Shown one piece after another: positions 1 through 8,981 of a stretch of 64,000 nucleotides of DNA. Each line of letters starts with the position of its first letter. Position 1 is the stretch's first letter. The position numbers and the translations under genes were made by a program. Location of the stretch: contig JBJOKS010000022.1 of assembly GCA_046045965.1 (NCBI GenBank), positions 1-64,000 of the forward strand, in the 5' to 3' direction. The notes under the pieces were generated by a model that did no database searches, had not been told where the DNA came from, and saw nothing but the letters and a program-made list of their open reading frames with translations. This DNA is from Cyanobacteriota bacterium. GTDB taxonomy: Bacteria; Cyanobacteriota; Cyanobacteriia; Cyanobacteriales; Nostocaceae.

Positions 1-226
1 AGGCAACAAGTAAACTGTTTTTCACAGCTGATAAAATGCGAGTATCAGTGAATAGTTTTTGATACCATTCTAGGGTGAAACCCTGCCACGTGGCGCTGTA
101 GGGTGACTGGTTAAAGCTATAAAAGCCTAGTACCAGGATAGGCAGGTACATGAACACAAATACCAGCAGCGAGAAAACTGCTTGCCATGTCATAGACTTT
201 TTTTTGCTTGAGTTAGAGATATTCAT
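1..226 (-). CDS. potC: Spermidine/putrescine ABC transporter permease (PotC-like), 5' part; runs off the window
   Basis: Manual translation MNISNSSKKKSMTWQAVFSLLVFVFMYLPILVLGFYSFNQSPYSATWQGFTLEWYQKLF; the YLPI..SFN..W.GFTL.WY pattern is typical of PotC. Confidence 0.8.
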   Translation of the reverse strand, partial: MNISNSSKKKSMTWQAVFSLLVFVFMYLPILVLGFYSFNQSPYSATWQGFTLEWYQKLFTDTRILSAVKNSLLVA

Positions 227-691
227 GTTTATACTTAATTTGCAACTATTGTATTAGGTTATACGAAATATATTACAATAGTCAAGATTTTGACAGTGAG
301 TTTGCAGGTTGGGCAGGTAATTTAACAAACAAGACAATTTGGCAAAATGCCAAGGTTGAAATTACTGGTAATTTTCTCTATTTTTACCTCTAAATATTAG
401 TCAATAATAAATCGGATATTTGGGGATAAATTCGTTATTTTTGGGAATTAACCATTAATTTAAAAGACGATGATTTTGTATGTATCTAACTAATTTATGT
501 CTGGAGTAGAAGATAATTTCCCTACCTGAGATAGACAAAAAATATCTCAGTTACGGCATAAGATTTTGAAGCAATTATCTATATAGTTGGTGTTTTAAGT
601 GATTTACTGCTATAGTTAATCGCTGGTCATTAATTTACATCAGAAAAATAAACACCAATAATTTACAGTCTTACCTTTTAGGAGGTTGATC

Positions 692-1765
692 ATGCGAATT
701 GCTCAGATTGCTCCATTGTGGGAGAGAGTACCGCCTCCAGCTTATGGTGGAATAGAATTGGTAGTTAGTTTATTAACGGATGAATTAGTTCGACGCGGAC
801 ATGAAGTTACGTTATTTGCATCCGGGGATTCTCTAACTTTAGCTAAGTTAGTATCAGTTCATCCTCGTGCTTTAAGACTCGATTCTACTGTCAAAGAATA
901 CAGTATTTATGAAGTGCTGCAACTAGCTTTAGTCTATGAACGAGCCGAAGAGTTTGATATTATTCACTCCCATACTGGACACAACCCCTTAGCATACACA
1001 AATCTGGTAAAAACTCCGACAGTTCACACCTTGCATGGAATTTTTACTTCAGATAATGAAAAAATCTTTAAATATGCCAAAAAACAGCCCTATATAAGCA
1101 TTTCTGATGCTCAAAGAGAACCCAGATTAGGGTTAAATTATGTAGATACAATTTACAATGGGATTGATGTTAGTAGTTATGAATTTTATCCCGCACCGAT
1201 AGAAAAGCCTTACTTGGCATTTTTAGGAAGAATGTCTCCAGAGAAAGGTCCACATTTAGCAATTGAGATTGCGAAAAAAGCTGGTTGGCAATTGAAAATG
1301 GCAGGTAAGGTTGATGCGGTGGATGTTGAATATTTTGAAAAAGAAATTCAACCGCAGATTGATGGTAAGCAAATTCAGTATTTAGGTGAAGCTAATCATG
1401 CTGAAAAAAATGTCCTCATGGGAGGTGCTGTAGCAACATTATTTCCTATTACTTGGCGAGAACCGTTTGGATTAGTAATGGTAGAATCAATGGCTGCGGG
1501 TACGCCAGTAATTGCAATGCGAATGGGTTCGACGGAGGAAGTAATTGCTGATGGTGAAACAGGCTTCCTTTGCAATAATACACAAGATTGTGTTAATGCG
1601 ATTGAAAAGGTAGATCGATTAAACCGCTATGCTTGTCGGCGATATGTAGAAAACCATTTTAGTGTGAAACAAATGACTGATGGTTATGAAGAGGTTTATA
1701 AACAAATTCTCAAAGAGAAGTTTGCTCAAGAAAATGGACATTTTCGTACTAATCTAGTTCATTAG
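692..1765 (+). CDS. Glycosyltransferase family 4
   Basis: MRIAQIAP..PPPAYGGIE N-terminus and EPFGLVMVESMA motif; ATG 692 follows AGGAGG. Confidence 0.92.
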   Translation: MRIAQIAPLWERVPPPAYGGIELVVSLLTDELVRRGHEVTLFASGDSLTLAKLVSVHPRALRLDSTVKEYSIYEVLQLALVYERAEEFDIIHSHTGHNPLAYTNLVKTPTVHTLHGIFTSDNEKIFKYAKKQPYISISDAQREPRLGLNYVDTIYNGIDVSSYEFYPAPIEKPYLAFLGRMSPEKGPHLAIEIAKKAGWQLKMAGKVDAVDVEYFEKEIQPQIDGKQIQYLGEANHAEKNVLMGGAVATLFPITWREPFGLVMVESMAAGTPVIAMRMGSTEEVIADGETGFLCNNTQDCVNAIEKVDRLNRYACRRYVENHFSVKQMTDGYEEVYKQILKEKFAQENGHFRTNLVH

Positions 1766-2208
1766 TTAGATGGATTAAATAGGGCGCGAATTGTTTCTAT
1801 ACGTTGCCGATTTAGTCCTAAGTCACCATAACCTAAACGGGATGCAGAACGTACATGAATCTCCTGAGAGTTAGAGTCAAGAAAAAATTCTACATCATCA
1901 ACAAATCCCATTAAAGCAGTTTTGAATTCTGCATATAAATAATCCTCAGTTTCAGTAATTATCTTAGTTCTAGGTAAAGATTTAATGATACTTTTGAGTT
2001 GAGATAATGCTTGTTCTGGGGTTGATGTAAAACTCAGCGGTGCAATTTGATGTAGTGAATCTGAAGCCTGACTAGAAACACAGTTAGGACTAGCAGGACA
2101 GGGTGCTAATCTACCATTTTTAACGCCTAAATTATTGGGTCTTTTACCTGCGAAGATCATAGGATTAAGTAGGGGTAAAATAATCGAAGTTGCCGTATTT
2201 ACTTGCAT
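1762..2208 (-). CDS. DUF1499 family protein
   Basis: LAPCPASPNCVSSQ, FVDDVEF and RSASRLG..DLG.NR.R motifs. Confidence 0.85.
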   Translation of the reverse strand: MQVNTATSIILPLLNPMIFAGKRPNNLGVKNGRLAPCPASPNCVSSQASDSLHQIAPLSFTSTPEQALSQLKSIIKSLPRTKIITETEDYLYAEFKTALMGFVDDVEFFLDSNSQEIHVRSASRLGYGDLGLNRQRIETIRALFNPSN

Positions 2209-2217
2209 ATATAATAC

Positions 2218-2352
2218 AATGTTGGGTTTCCTTGCGTCAACCCAGACCTACGGCTGAAAATCATTTTGGTAAAAATAAACTAAAAACTGCATTTTCTCTA
2301 AACTTCGCTTTATAATTAATGTTGGGTTTCCTTGCGTCAACCCAACCTACGG
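2218..2352 (-). repeat. Two REP copies 100 bp apart (GTAG-headed imperfect palindromes)
   Basis: aatgttgggtttccttgcgtcaaccc(ag/a)acctacgg at 2218-2253 and 2318-2352; the minus strand starts GTAGG. Confidence 0.85.
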
Positions 2353-2402
2353 GGTATAATCAAGATTATAAAACACAACTTTAATCACAGGATATTTATA
2401 GT

Positions 2403-2945
2403 ATGGAATATCGTCGCGCTGGGGTGGAAGGTGGAACATACTTTTTTACAGTGGTGACAGAAAAAAGACAAAAAATATTATGTTTACCAAAAAATGTTTC
2501 TTTATTAAGAGATGCTTTTCGTTATGTAATGCAAAAACATCCATTTATTATAGATGCCATTGTTATTTTACCTGATCATCTCCACTGTATTTGGACATTA
2601 CCAGAAAATGATCATGATTTTTCAAATCGTTGGCGTTTGATTAAAAGTTATTTTAGTCGTAAATGTGAAACTATTGTACCAGAAAATATATCTTTATCTA
2701 GAAAAAAGAAAAAACAACGCGCAATATGGCAACATCGTTTTTGGGAGCATTTAATTAGAGATGAGATAGATTTTCAAAATCATGTTGATTATATTCATTA
2801 TAATCCCGTGAAACATGGTTTAGTAACAGCACCAAAAGATTGGGAATATTCAAGTTTTCACCGCGCTGTGCGTCAAGGTTTGTATGACATAATGTGGGGT
2901 GCAGGTGAGGATATTATTTTTGATGATCACATTGGTAACGAGTAG
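2403..2945 (+). CDS. REP-associated tyrosine transposase (RAYT/TnpA-REP)
   Basis: GGTYFFTVVT, HUH motif LPDHLHCIW, WQHRFWEH, YIHYNPVKHG, WEYSSFH; flanked by REPs. Confidence 0.93.
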   Translation: MEYRRAGVEGGTYFFTVVTEKRQKILCLPKNVSLLRDAFRYVMQKHPFIIDAIVILPDHLHCIWTLPENDHDFSNRWRLIKSYFSRKCETIVPENISLSRKKKKQRAIWQHRFWEHLIRDEIDFQNHVDYIHYNPVKHGLVTAPKDWEYSSFHRAVRQGLYDIMWGAGEDIIFDDHIGNE

Positions 2946-3047
2946 GTTGGGTTGTAGCTTGCTTCCCGTAGGGTATGAAATGAAACCCAACATTAACATC
3001 AAAATATAAGTGTGAGGTGTTGGGTTTCGTACCTCAACCCAACCTAC
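2942..3047. repeat. Inverted REP pair downstream of RAYT
   Basis: gtaggttgggttg...gaaacccaac (2942-2991) and gttgggtttcgtacctcaacccaacctac (3019-3047). Confidence 0.85.
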
Positions 3048-3053
3048 AGTTAC

Positions 3054-3302
3054 TTATGCTGTAACCATTTCTGGCACTAAATTAGGGGATGTTGGCTCAA
3101 AATGTAAAACCATAATTTGATCTGAATTTAAAGCCACAAATTCGTAAGCTTGTCCATTACTATCACTAAATTCTACTTCAAATACGGTACCATCTGCTAA
3201 TAATTCAACTATTGTACCAACCTGACCAGTCTGTAAGTTGTATTCAGGTAAATCAACTGTTAATGCTACTACGTCTAGTAATTTGGGCATAATTTTAGTC
3301 AT
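3054..3302 (-). CDS. DUF4926 family protein (putative antitoxin/immunity)
   Basis: LLDVVALTVDLP...GQVGTIVE...FEVEFSD..G pattern. Confidence 0.8.
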   Translation of the reverse strand: MTKIMPKLLDVVALTVDLPEYNLQTGQVGTIVELLADGTVFEVEFSDSNGQAYEFVALNSDQIMVLHFEPTSPNLVPEMVTA

Positions 3303-3321
3303 TTTCGATTACCTCATCATA

Positions 3322-4008
3322 TTACAATTTAATATAGCAACTCGTTAATCTTGGAAAATCAGAACCAGGATCTATAATCCAACAACTACGGATGTTCGCA
3401 TTTTTATTTTCTCTTGTTAAAGTAAAGTCTACATAGTAACGTTGTCCATGTTGATCACTTTTATTTAGGCACGCTTCTTGAATTTTAACTTGTTCCAAAA
3501 TAATCTGGCGTAATTCCTCAGCATTTTCAGCAGTCATGCCTAAAATTGATGAAAATAGACGAGCTTTATCTTTTCCTGTAGGATGATTTGGATTTAGAGA
3601 ATAATCACGCAATTTACGAATATCAACAACTGCGTTTTCAGCATTGGGAAGGAGATTTGAGTTTAGTTTGATAATTTCTTCCGGGGTGAATCCTTCCTCT
3701 TCAAGCTCAGACATCAATACACGCTTTGCATTCCAGTCCTTGGATCTCCATAATTCCTCAGTTTCTTCTTTGCCTTTAATACTTGCAAACTCCTCATAGA
3801 CTTCAGCTTCAATAATCTCTTTTTGTTTAGCAAGTTTAGCAAGTGCAAGTCCACAGTCCTGTTCTGCTGCTATCAATGTCTTTTTAATCTCTTCCTTAAG
3901 ATTCTGTTTTTCATCCTCTTCAGTGGATTCTTTTAATCTTTTCTCAAGTTCCTTAATATGGTTAATCTTTTGTTCTAAGTCGTTGCGTTTTTCCTCTGGA
4001 TTTATCAT
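3322..4008 (-). CDS. Coiled-coil N-terminus plus DUF6883-like C-terminal domain (putative toxin)
   Basis: LPNAENAVVDIRKLRDYSLNPNHP.GK.KAR.F...PRLTSCY; start assumed at ATG 4008. Confidence 0.7.
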   Translation of the reverse strand: MINPEEKRNDLEQKINHIKELEKRLKESTEEDEKQNLKEEIKKTLIAAEQDCGLALAKLAKQKEIIEAEVYEEFASIKGKEETEELWRSKDWNAKRVLMSELEEEGFTPEEIIKLNSNLLPNAENAVVDIRKLRDYSLNPNHPTGKDKARLFSSILGMTAENAEELRQIILEQVKIQEACLNKSDQHGQRYYVDFTLTRENKNANIRSCWIIDPGSDFPRLTSCYIKL

Positions 4009-4171
4009 AAGTTGTTGCAATTCTCATGTATTAGCGTGTTAATTTTATCACAGATTAAGGCAGTATTGCCTAGATATCCCTTTCAATGCGAGCAAAAGGG
4101 GAAATTTTGGTTTTCATGCCTATCTCTTATAATTGATCAAATAACTGCAAACATATCTTAGGCATGAAACT

Positions 4172-7054
4172 GTGACCGAAACTGGAAAATACAAAGATAC
4201 CGTTAACCTCCCCAAAACCAACTTTGATATGCGGGCAAACGCCATCAAGCGCGAACCCGAAATCCAAAAATTCTGGGCAGAAAACAACATTTATTCTCGC
4301 CTCTCTCAAGAAAACCCAGGCGAATTATTTATACTGCACGATGGACCACCCTACGCTAACGGTCAGTTGCATATTGGTCACGCCTTAAATAAGATTCTCA
4401 AAGATATTATTAACCGTTACCACCTCCTCCAAGGTCGTAAAGTTCGTTACGTTGCGGGCTGGGATTGTCACGGATTACCGATTGAGTTAAAAGTTCTGCA
4501 AAATATGAAACAAGCAGAACGGCAAAACCTCACTCCTTTGCAATTGCGTCAAAAAGCAAAGCAGTTTGCTCTTGATGCTGTTAATGACCAACGCAATAGT
4601 TTTAAACGCTATGGGGTGTGGGGTGACTGGGAAAATCCTTATTTAACCTTAAAGCCAGAATACGAAGCGGCGCAAATTGGCGTTTTCGGGCAAATGTACT
4701 TAAAAGGATATATCTATCGCGGTTTAAAGCCTGTACACTGGAGTCCTAGTTCTAAAACCGCTTTGGCAGAAGCAGAGTTAGAATATCCTGAAGGTCACGT
4801 TTCTCGGAGTATTTACGCCGCTTTCCCGGTGGTGAAGGTTTCCGAAAAACTAAAATCTGTTTTAGAGGCTTTCCTGCCTGATTTGGGCGTGGCTGTGTGG
4901 ACAACTACTCCCTGGACGATACCGGGTAATTTAGCGGTGGCTGTGAATGGGGCGTTAAATTATGCGGTTGTTGAGGTAGCACGCAGAGACGCGGAGACGC
5001 AGAGAGGATGCAAGTATCTGATAGTTGCGGCAGAGTTAGTAGAAAGGTTGACTGCAACTTTAGATGTTGATTTGACTGTGAAGGCGACTTTTGCGGGTCA
5101 GGATTTAGAACATACTACTTACCGTCATCCGCTTTTTGACCGTGAAAGTCCGGTGGTGGTTGGTGGTGATTATATCACTACTGAGTCGGGTACTGGTTTG
5201 GTGCATACTGCTCCTGGTCATGGTCAAGAAGATTACATTGTCGGTCAGCGTTATGGTTTACCGATTCTTGCGCCTGTTGATGATAATGGTAATTTCACGG
5301 ACGAGGCTGGTAAATTTGCTGGCTTGAATGTGTTGGGTGATGGCAATCAAGCTATCATTGATGCGTTGACGGAAGCGGGTTCTTTGTTGAAAGAGGAAGC
5401 TTATCAACACAAGTATCCTTATGATTGGAGAACTAATAAACCGACGATTTTCCGCGCTACTGAACAATGGTTTGCTTCTGTGGCAGGATTTAGGGAAGAT
5501 GCTTTAAAGGCGATCGCATCTGTGCGTTGGATTCCCGCACAAGGTGAAAACCGCATTACACCGATGGTTGCGGAACGTTCTGACTGGTGTATCTCTCGTC
5601 AGCGTTCCTGGGGTGTTCCCATTCCTGTGTTCTATGATGAGGAAACTGGGGAAGCGTTACTGAATGCAGATACCATTAACCACGTGCAAGCGATCATTGC
5701 AGAGAAGGGTTCTGACGCTTGGTGGGAGTTGTCTGTTGAAGAGTTGTTACCCGAACCTTACCGCAGTAATGGGCGTAAATACCGCCGGGGTACAGATACA
5801 ATGGATGTTTGGTTTGATTCTGGTTCATCTTGGGCGGCTGTAGCGAAGCAAAGACCAGAATTAGGTTATCCTGTTGATATGTATTTGGAAGGTTCTGATC
5901 AACATCGGGGATGGTTTCAATCTTCGCTGTTAACCAGTGTTGCGGTAAATGGAATTGCACCTTATAAAACGGTTTTAACTCATGGTTTTGTGTTAGATGA
6001 ACAAGGCCGAAAAATGAGTAAATCTGTGGGTAATGTGGTTGATCCACAAATCATTATTAATGGTGGAAAGGATCAGAAAAAAGAACCCGCTTATGGTGCG
6101 GATGTTTTGCGTTTGTGGGTGTCTTCAGTTGATTATTCTGGTGATGTGCGTTTGGGTGGTAACATCATTAAACAATTAGCTGATGTGAGAAATAAAATCC
6201 GCAATACTGCACGGTTTTTGTTGGGTAGTTTGCATGATTTTGATCCTCAAAAAGATGCGGTTGATTTTGATAAGTTACCTGATTTGGATCGGTATATGTT
6301 ACACCGTATCCGTGAGGTGTTTAATGAGGTGACAACTGCTTTTGATAGCTTCCAATTTTTCCGCTTTTTCCAAACTGTACAGAATTTCTGTGTTGTGGAT
6401 TTGTCTAATTTTTATTTAGACATTGCCAAAGATAGATTATATATCAGTGCTGCTGATAGTTTCCGTCGTCGCAGTTGTCAAACAGTTTTGCAGATTGCAT
6501 TGGAGAATTTAGCTAGGGCGATCGCACCAGTTTTATGTCATACTGCGGAAGATATCTGGCAATTTATCCCCTATCAAACTCCTTATAAATCAGTGTTTGA
6601 AGCTGGTTGGGTTAAGGTTAAGGATGAATGGGAAAATGCAGAATTAGCGGAATTTTGGGATACGCTGCGTTCACTCCGCACCGATGTTAATAAGGTGATG
6701 GAACAAGCGCGGATGGAAAAAATGATCGGTTCATCTTTGGAAGCAAAGGTCTTAGTAAATATTCCCCATCAACAGTTACGTGAAGCTATCAAAGGTTTCA
6801 ATCCTGAAAAGGGTAACGGTGTGGATGAGTTGCGATATTTATTATTAGCATCTCAGGTAGAAATAGTAGATGATGCTGCCAAAATTGCTGATGTGAAATA
6901 TACAGCAACTACAGAAGATTGGACTATTGGGGTAGTAAATGCAGATGGTGAAAAATGCGATCGCTGTTGGAATTATTCTACTCATGTAGGAGAATCACAG
7001 GAACATCCTTTATTGTGTGAAAGATGTGTTCCTGCATTAGCTGGGGAATTTTAA
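4172..7054 (+). CDS. ileS: Isoleucine--tRNA ligase
   Basis: HDGPPYANG.LHIGH, GWDCHGLP, KMSKS, C-terminal CDRCW..CERC zinc finger. Confidence 0.98.
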   Translation: MTETGKYKDTVNLPKTNFDMRANAIKREPEIQKFWAENNIYSRLSQENPGELFILHDGPPYANGQLHIGHALNKILKDIINRYHLLQGRKVRYVAGWDCHGLPIELKVLQNMKQAERQNLTPLQLRQKAKQFALDAVNDQRNSFKRYGVWGDWENPYLTLKPEYEAAQIGVFGQMYLKGYIYRGLKPVHWSPSSKTALAEAELEYPEGHVSRSIYAAFPVVKVSEKLKSVLEAFLPDLGVAVWTTTPWTIPGNLAVAVNGALNYAVVEVARRDAETQRGCKYLIVAAELVERLTATLDVDLTVKATFAGQDLEHTTYRHPLFDRESPVVVGGDYITTESGTGLVHTAPGHGQEDYIVGQRYGLPILAPVDDNGNFTDEAGKFAGLNVLGDGNQAIIDALTEAGSLLKEEAYQHKYPYDWRTNKPTIFRATEQWFASVAGFREDALKAIASVRWIPAQGENRITPMVAERSDWCISRQRSWGVPIPVFYDEETGEALLNADTINHVQAIIAEKGSDAWWELSVEELLPEPYRSNGRKYRRGTDTMDVWFDSGSSWAAVAKQRPELGYPVDMYLEGSDQHRGWFQSSLLTSVAVNGIAPYKTVLTHGFVLDEQGRKMSKSVGNVVDPQIIINGGKDQKKEPAYGADVLRLWVSSVDYSGDVRLGGNIIKQLADVRNKIRNTARFLLGSLHDFDPQKDAVDFDKLPDLDRYMLHRIREVFNEVTTAFDSFQFFRFFQTVQNFCVVDLSNFYLDIAKDRLYISAADSFRRRSCQTVLQIALENLARAIAPVLCHTAEDIWQFIPYQTPYKSVFEAGWVKVKDEWENAELAEFWDTLRSLRTDVNKVMEQARMEKMIGSSLEAKVLVNIPHQQLREAIKGFNPEKGNGVDELRYLLLASQVEIVDDAAKIADVKYTATTEDWTIGVVNADGEKCDRCWNYSTHVGESQEHPLLCERCVPALAGEF
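5510..5517. repeat. HIP1 octamer GCGATCGC (one example; many more copies across the window, e.g. 6518)
   Basis: Palindrome GCGATCGC recurs throughout; a cyanobacterial signature. Confidence 0.9.
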
Positions 7055-7077
7055 CATCGGTTCAAAATTAAAATTAA

Positions 7078-7107
7078 TGTAGAGATGTTTAATAAAACGT
7101 CTCTACA
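7078..7107. repeat. GTAG-type REP-like palindrome / possible terminator after ileS
   Basis: tgtagagatgttt-aata-aaacgtctctaca. Confidence 0.6.
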
Positions 7108-7144
7108 TCTAAATTCTAGAAACTAACACCTTGAGGTAAAAATC

Positions 7145-7732
7145 ATGAACACTGCAATAACAACTTTACCTCCTCAACTCACATTAAATCTCGATTTAAC
7201 AGATGAGCAATTTTTTCAACTATGTCAAAATAACCGGGATTTAAGATTTGAACGCACAGCAGCAGGGGAATTAATAATTATGCCACCAACTGGTAGCGAT
7301 ACTGGAAATCGTAATTTTGATCTTGCTGTGGAATTAGGAATTTGGAATAAACAAACAAAATTAGGTAAAGGGTTTGATTCTTCTACAGGTTTTAAATTAC
7401 CCAATGGAAAAGATGTTTCTCCTGATGTTGCTTGGATTAAAAAAGAACGTTGGGATAGTTTAACCCCAGAACAACAAAATAAATTTGCTCCTATTGCACC
7501 TGATTTTGTAATTGAATTGCGTTCTCCTAGCGATAGTTTAAAACCACTACAAGAAAAGATGCAAGAATATATAGGAAATGGTGTAAAATTAGCTTGGTTA
7601 ATTGATAGAAAACAACGAAAAGTATTTATTTATCGTCCTGGTAAAGTTGTGGAAGAATTAGATAACCCACAAACATTAAACGGTGAAGATATTTTACCAG
7701 GATTTGTTTTAGATTTAAGTGAAATATGGTAA
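7145..7732 (+). CDS. Uma2 (DUF820) family endonuclease
   Basis: FERTAAGELIIMPP, SPDVAWI, APDFVIELRSPSD, GEDILPGF. Confidence 0.95.
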   Translation: MNTAITTLPPQLTLNLDLTDEQFFQLCQNNRDLRFERTAAGELIIMPPTGSDTGNRNFDLAVELGIWNKQTKLGKGFDSSTGFKLPNGKDVSPDVAWIKKERWDSLTPEQQNKFAPIAPDFVIELRSPSDSLKPLQEKMQEYIGNGVKLAWLIDRKQRKVFIYRPGKVVEELDNPQTLNGEDILPGFVLDLSEIW

Positions 7733-7753
7733 TTAATATAATAACAGATCCAC

Positions 7754-7818
7754 AGATCCCCGACTTCTTTTTTTATTTTGTAAATAAATGATAAATTGAT
7801 GTCAGAAGTCGGGGGTCT
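7754..7818. repeat. Dispersed inverted repeat AGATCCCCGACTTCT...AGAAGTCGGGG(G/A)TCT
   Basis: Inverted arms here and a second copy near 29392-29432; this one lies between convergent genes. Confidence 0.7.
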
Positions 7819-7833
7819 ATATGCACGAAAATT

Positions 7834-8718
7834 TTACAACTTCCGCAATAATTCCTCAGTTAACTGCATAAAAGCTTTCGCACCAGCAGAACCCGGACTC
7901 ATTAAAGTTACCGGCATAAAACTATCAACAGCTTTCGCTACATTTACATCAACGGGAATTTGTGCCTGACAAATTGTTTCTACACCAAAATCTTCCACAA
8001 CTCGGTGCATTACCTGTTTATAATATCTGCCAGTCAATAAATTAGTATTGCACATACTAAAGACAATTCCCAACATTTTGATATTGATTTTTGCTTCATG
8101 TTCATGACTGTCTTTCAACTTAGCAATGCGTCTTTCTAATAATTGAATACCCACCACAGATAAAGGTTCTGGTTTAGCAGGAAGAAGATAAAAATCGCTA
8201 GTTGCTAAAGCACTCCGAGTCATGAGATTATAACCAGGAGCGCAATCTAATAGAATAAAATCATATTCTTCACGCACTGGTTTTAAAATGTCTCTAATTA
8301 GCACTCTTTCAAAACGATTCCAGATAGTTTCAAAATCTTGTTCACCTAAAGCTAAAGCTTGATTATGCAGCATTTCGGAGACGACAAATTCATCATATAA
8401 ATCTATATCTCCTGGTAATAAATCCAATCCTGGCAACTTACATAATTCACTTTGAATGATATCATGAATTTTGTATTGAGCATTAGGATCAGGATTAATA
8501 ACTTCATCTATCAAATATCTAAAAGTCTTTCTTTGTTTGCGACGTTTAGCAAACTCAAATGGCGACATTAAACTGAGAGTAGCACTAATTTGACTATCTA
8601 AATCGAGAACCAATACCTTTTTTCCGTGATTTTTTGCTAAACAAGTCGCTAAGTTAACGGTGAGGGTAGTTTTACCGACTCCACCTTTCATGTTTGCAGT
8701 TGCAATTACATATCCCAT
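7834..8718 (-). CDS. ParA/Soj family ATPase
   Basis: Deviant Walker A KGGVGKTT, LDLDSQ, LLDCAP; ATG 8718 preferred as start. Confidence 0.9.
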   Translation of the reverse strand: MGYVIATANMKGGVGKTTLTVNLATCLAKNHGKKVLVLDLDSQISATLSLMSPFEFAKRRKQRKTFRYLIDEVINPDPNAQYKIHDIIQSELCKLPGLDLLPGDIDLYDEFVVSEMLHNQALALGEQDFETIWNRFERVLIRDILKPVREEYDFILLDCAPGYNLMTRSALATSDFYLLPAKPEPLSVVGIQLLERRIAKLKDSHEHEAKINIKMLGIVFSMCNTNLLTGRYYKQVMHRVVEDFGVETICQAQIPVDVNVAKAVDSFMPVTLMSPGSAGAKAFMQLTEELLRKL

Positions 8719-8981
8719 TTTTATTTCCTCTGCTGACACATTCCCATCAAGGTAGCGTACATATTATCTAATAGATTTTAACTTTGGCTAATTTATTCTT
8801 TTGGTAGATGTCAAAAAATAAAAATAATGATAACCTGCAAAAGCTTGATTGAGAATCAAAATGTCAAATTAAAATACAGTAATTTCCGTAAAATCACTCA
8901 TATAAAAGCATCATATTAAGGTAAAATTAATCATGTACAAAAATTTCCACCATGATTAATGTTGCACAGAGGTAAACCACC

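Noticed and set aside
2218..2352. CRISPR array
   Set aside because: Only two copies with a ~65-nt spacer, GTAG REP structure, an adjacent RAYT and no cas genes
4127..6047. Short ORFs antisense or out of frame within ileS (and similar shadows in other long genes)
   Set aside because: Overlap confidently assigned genes and lack motifs
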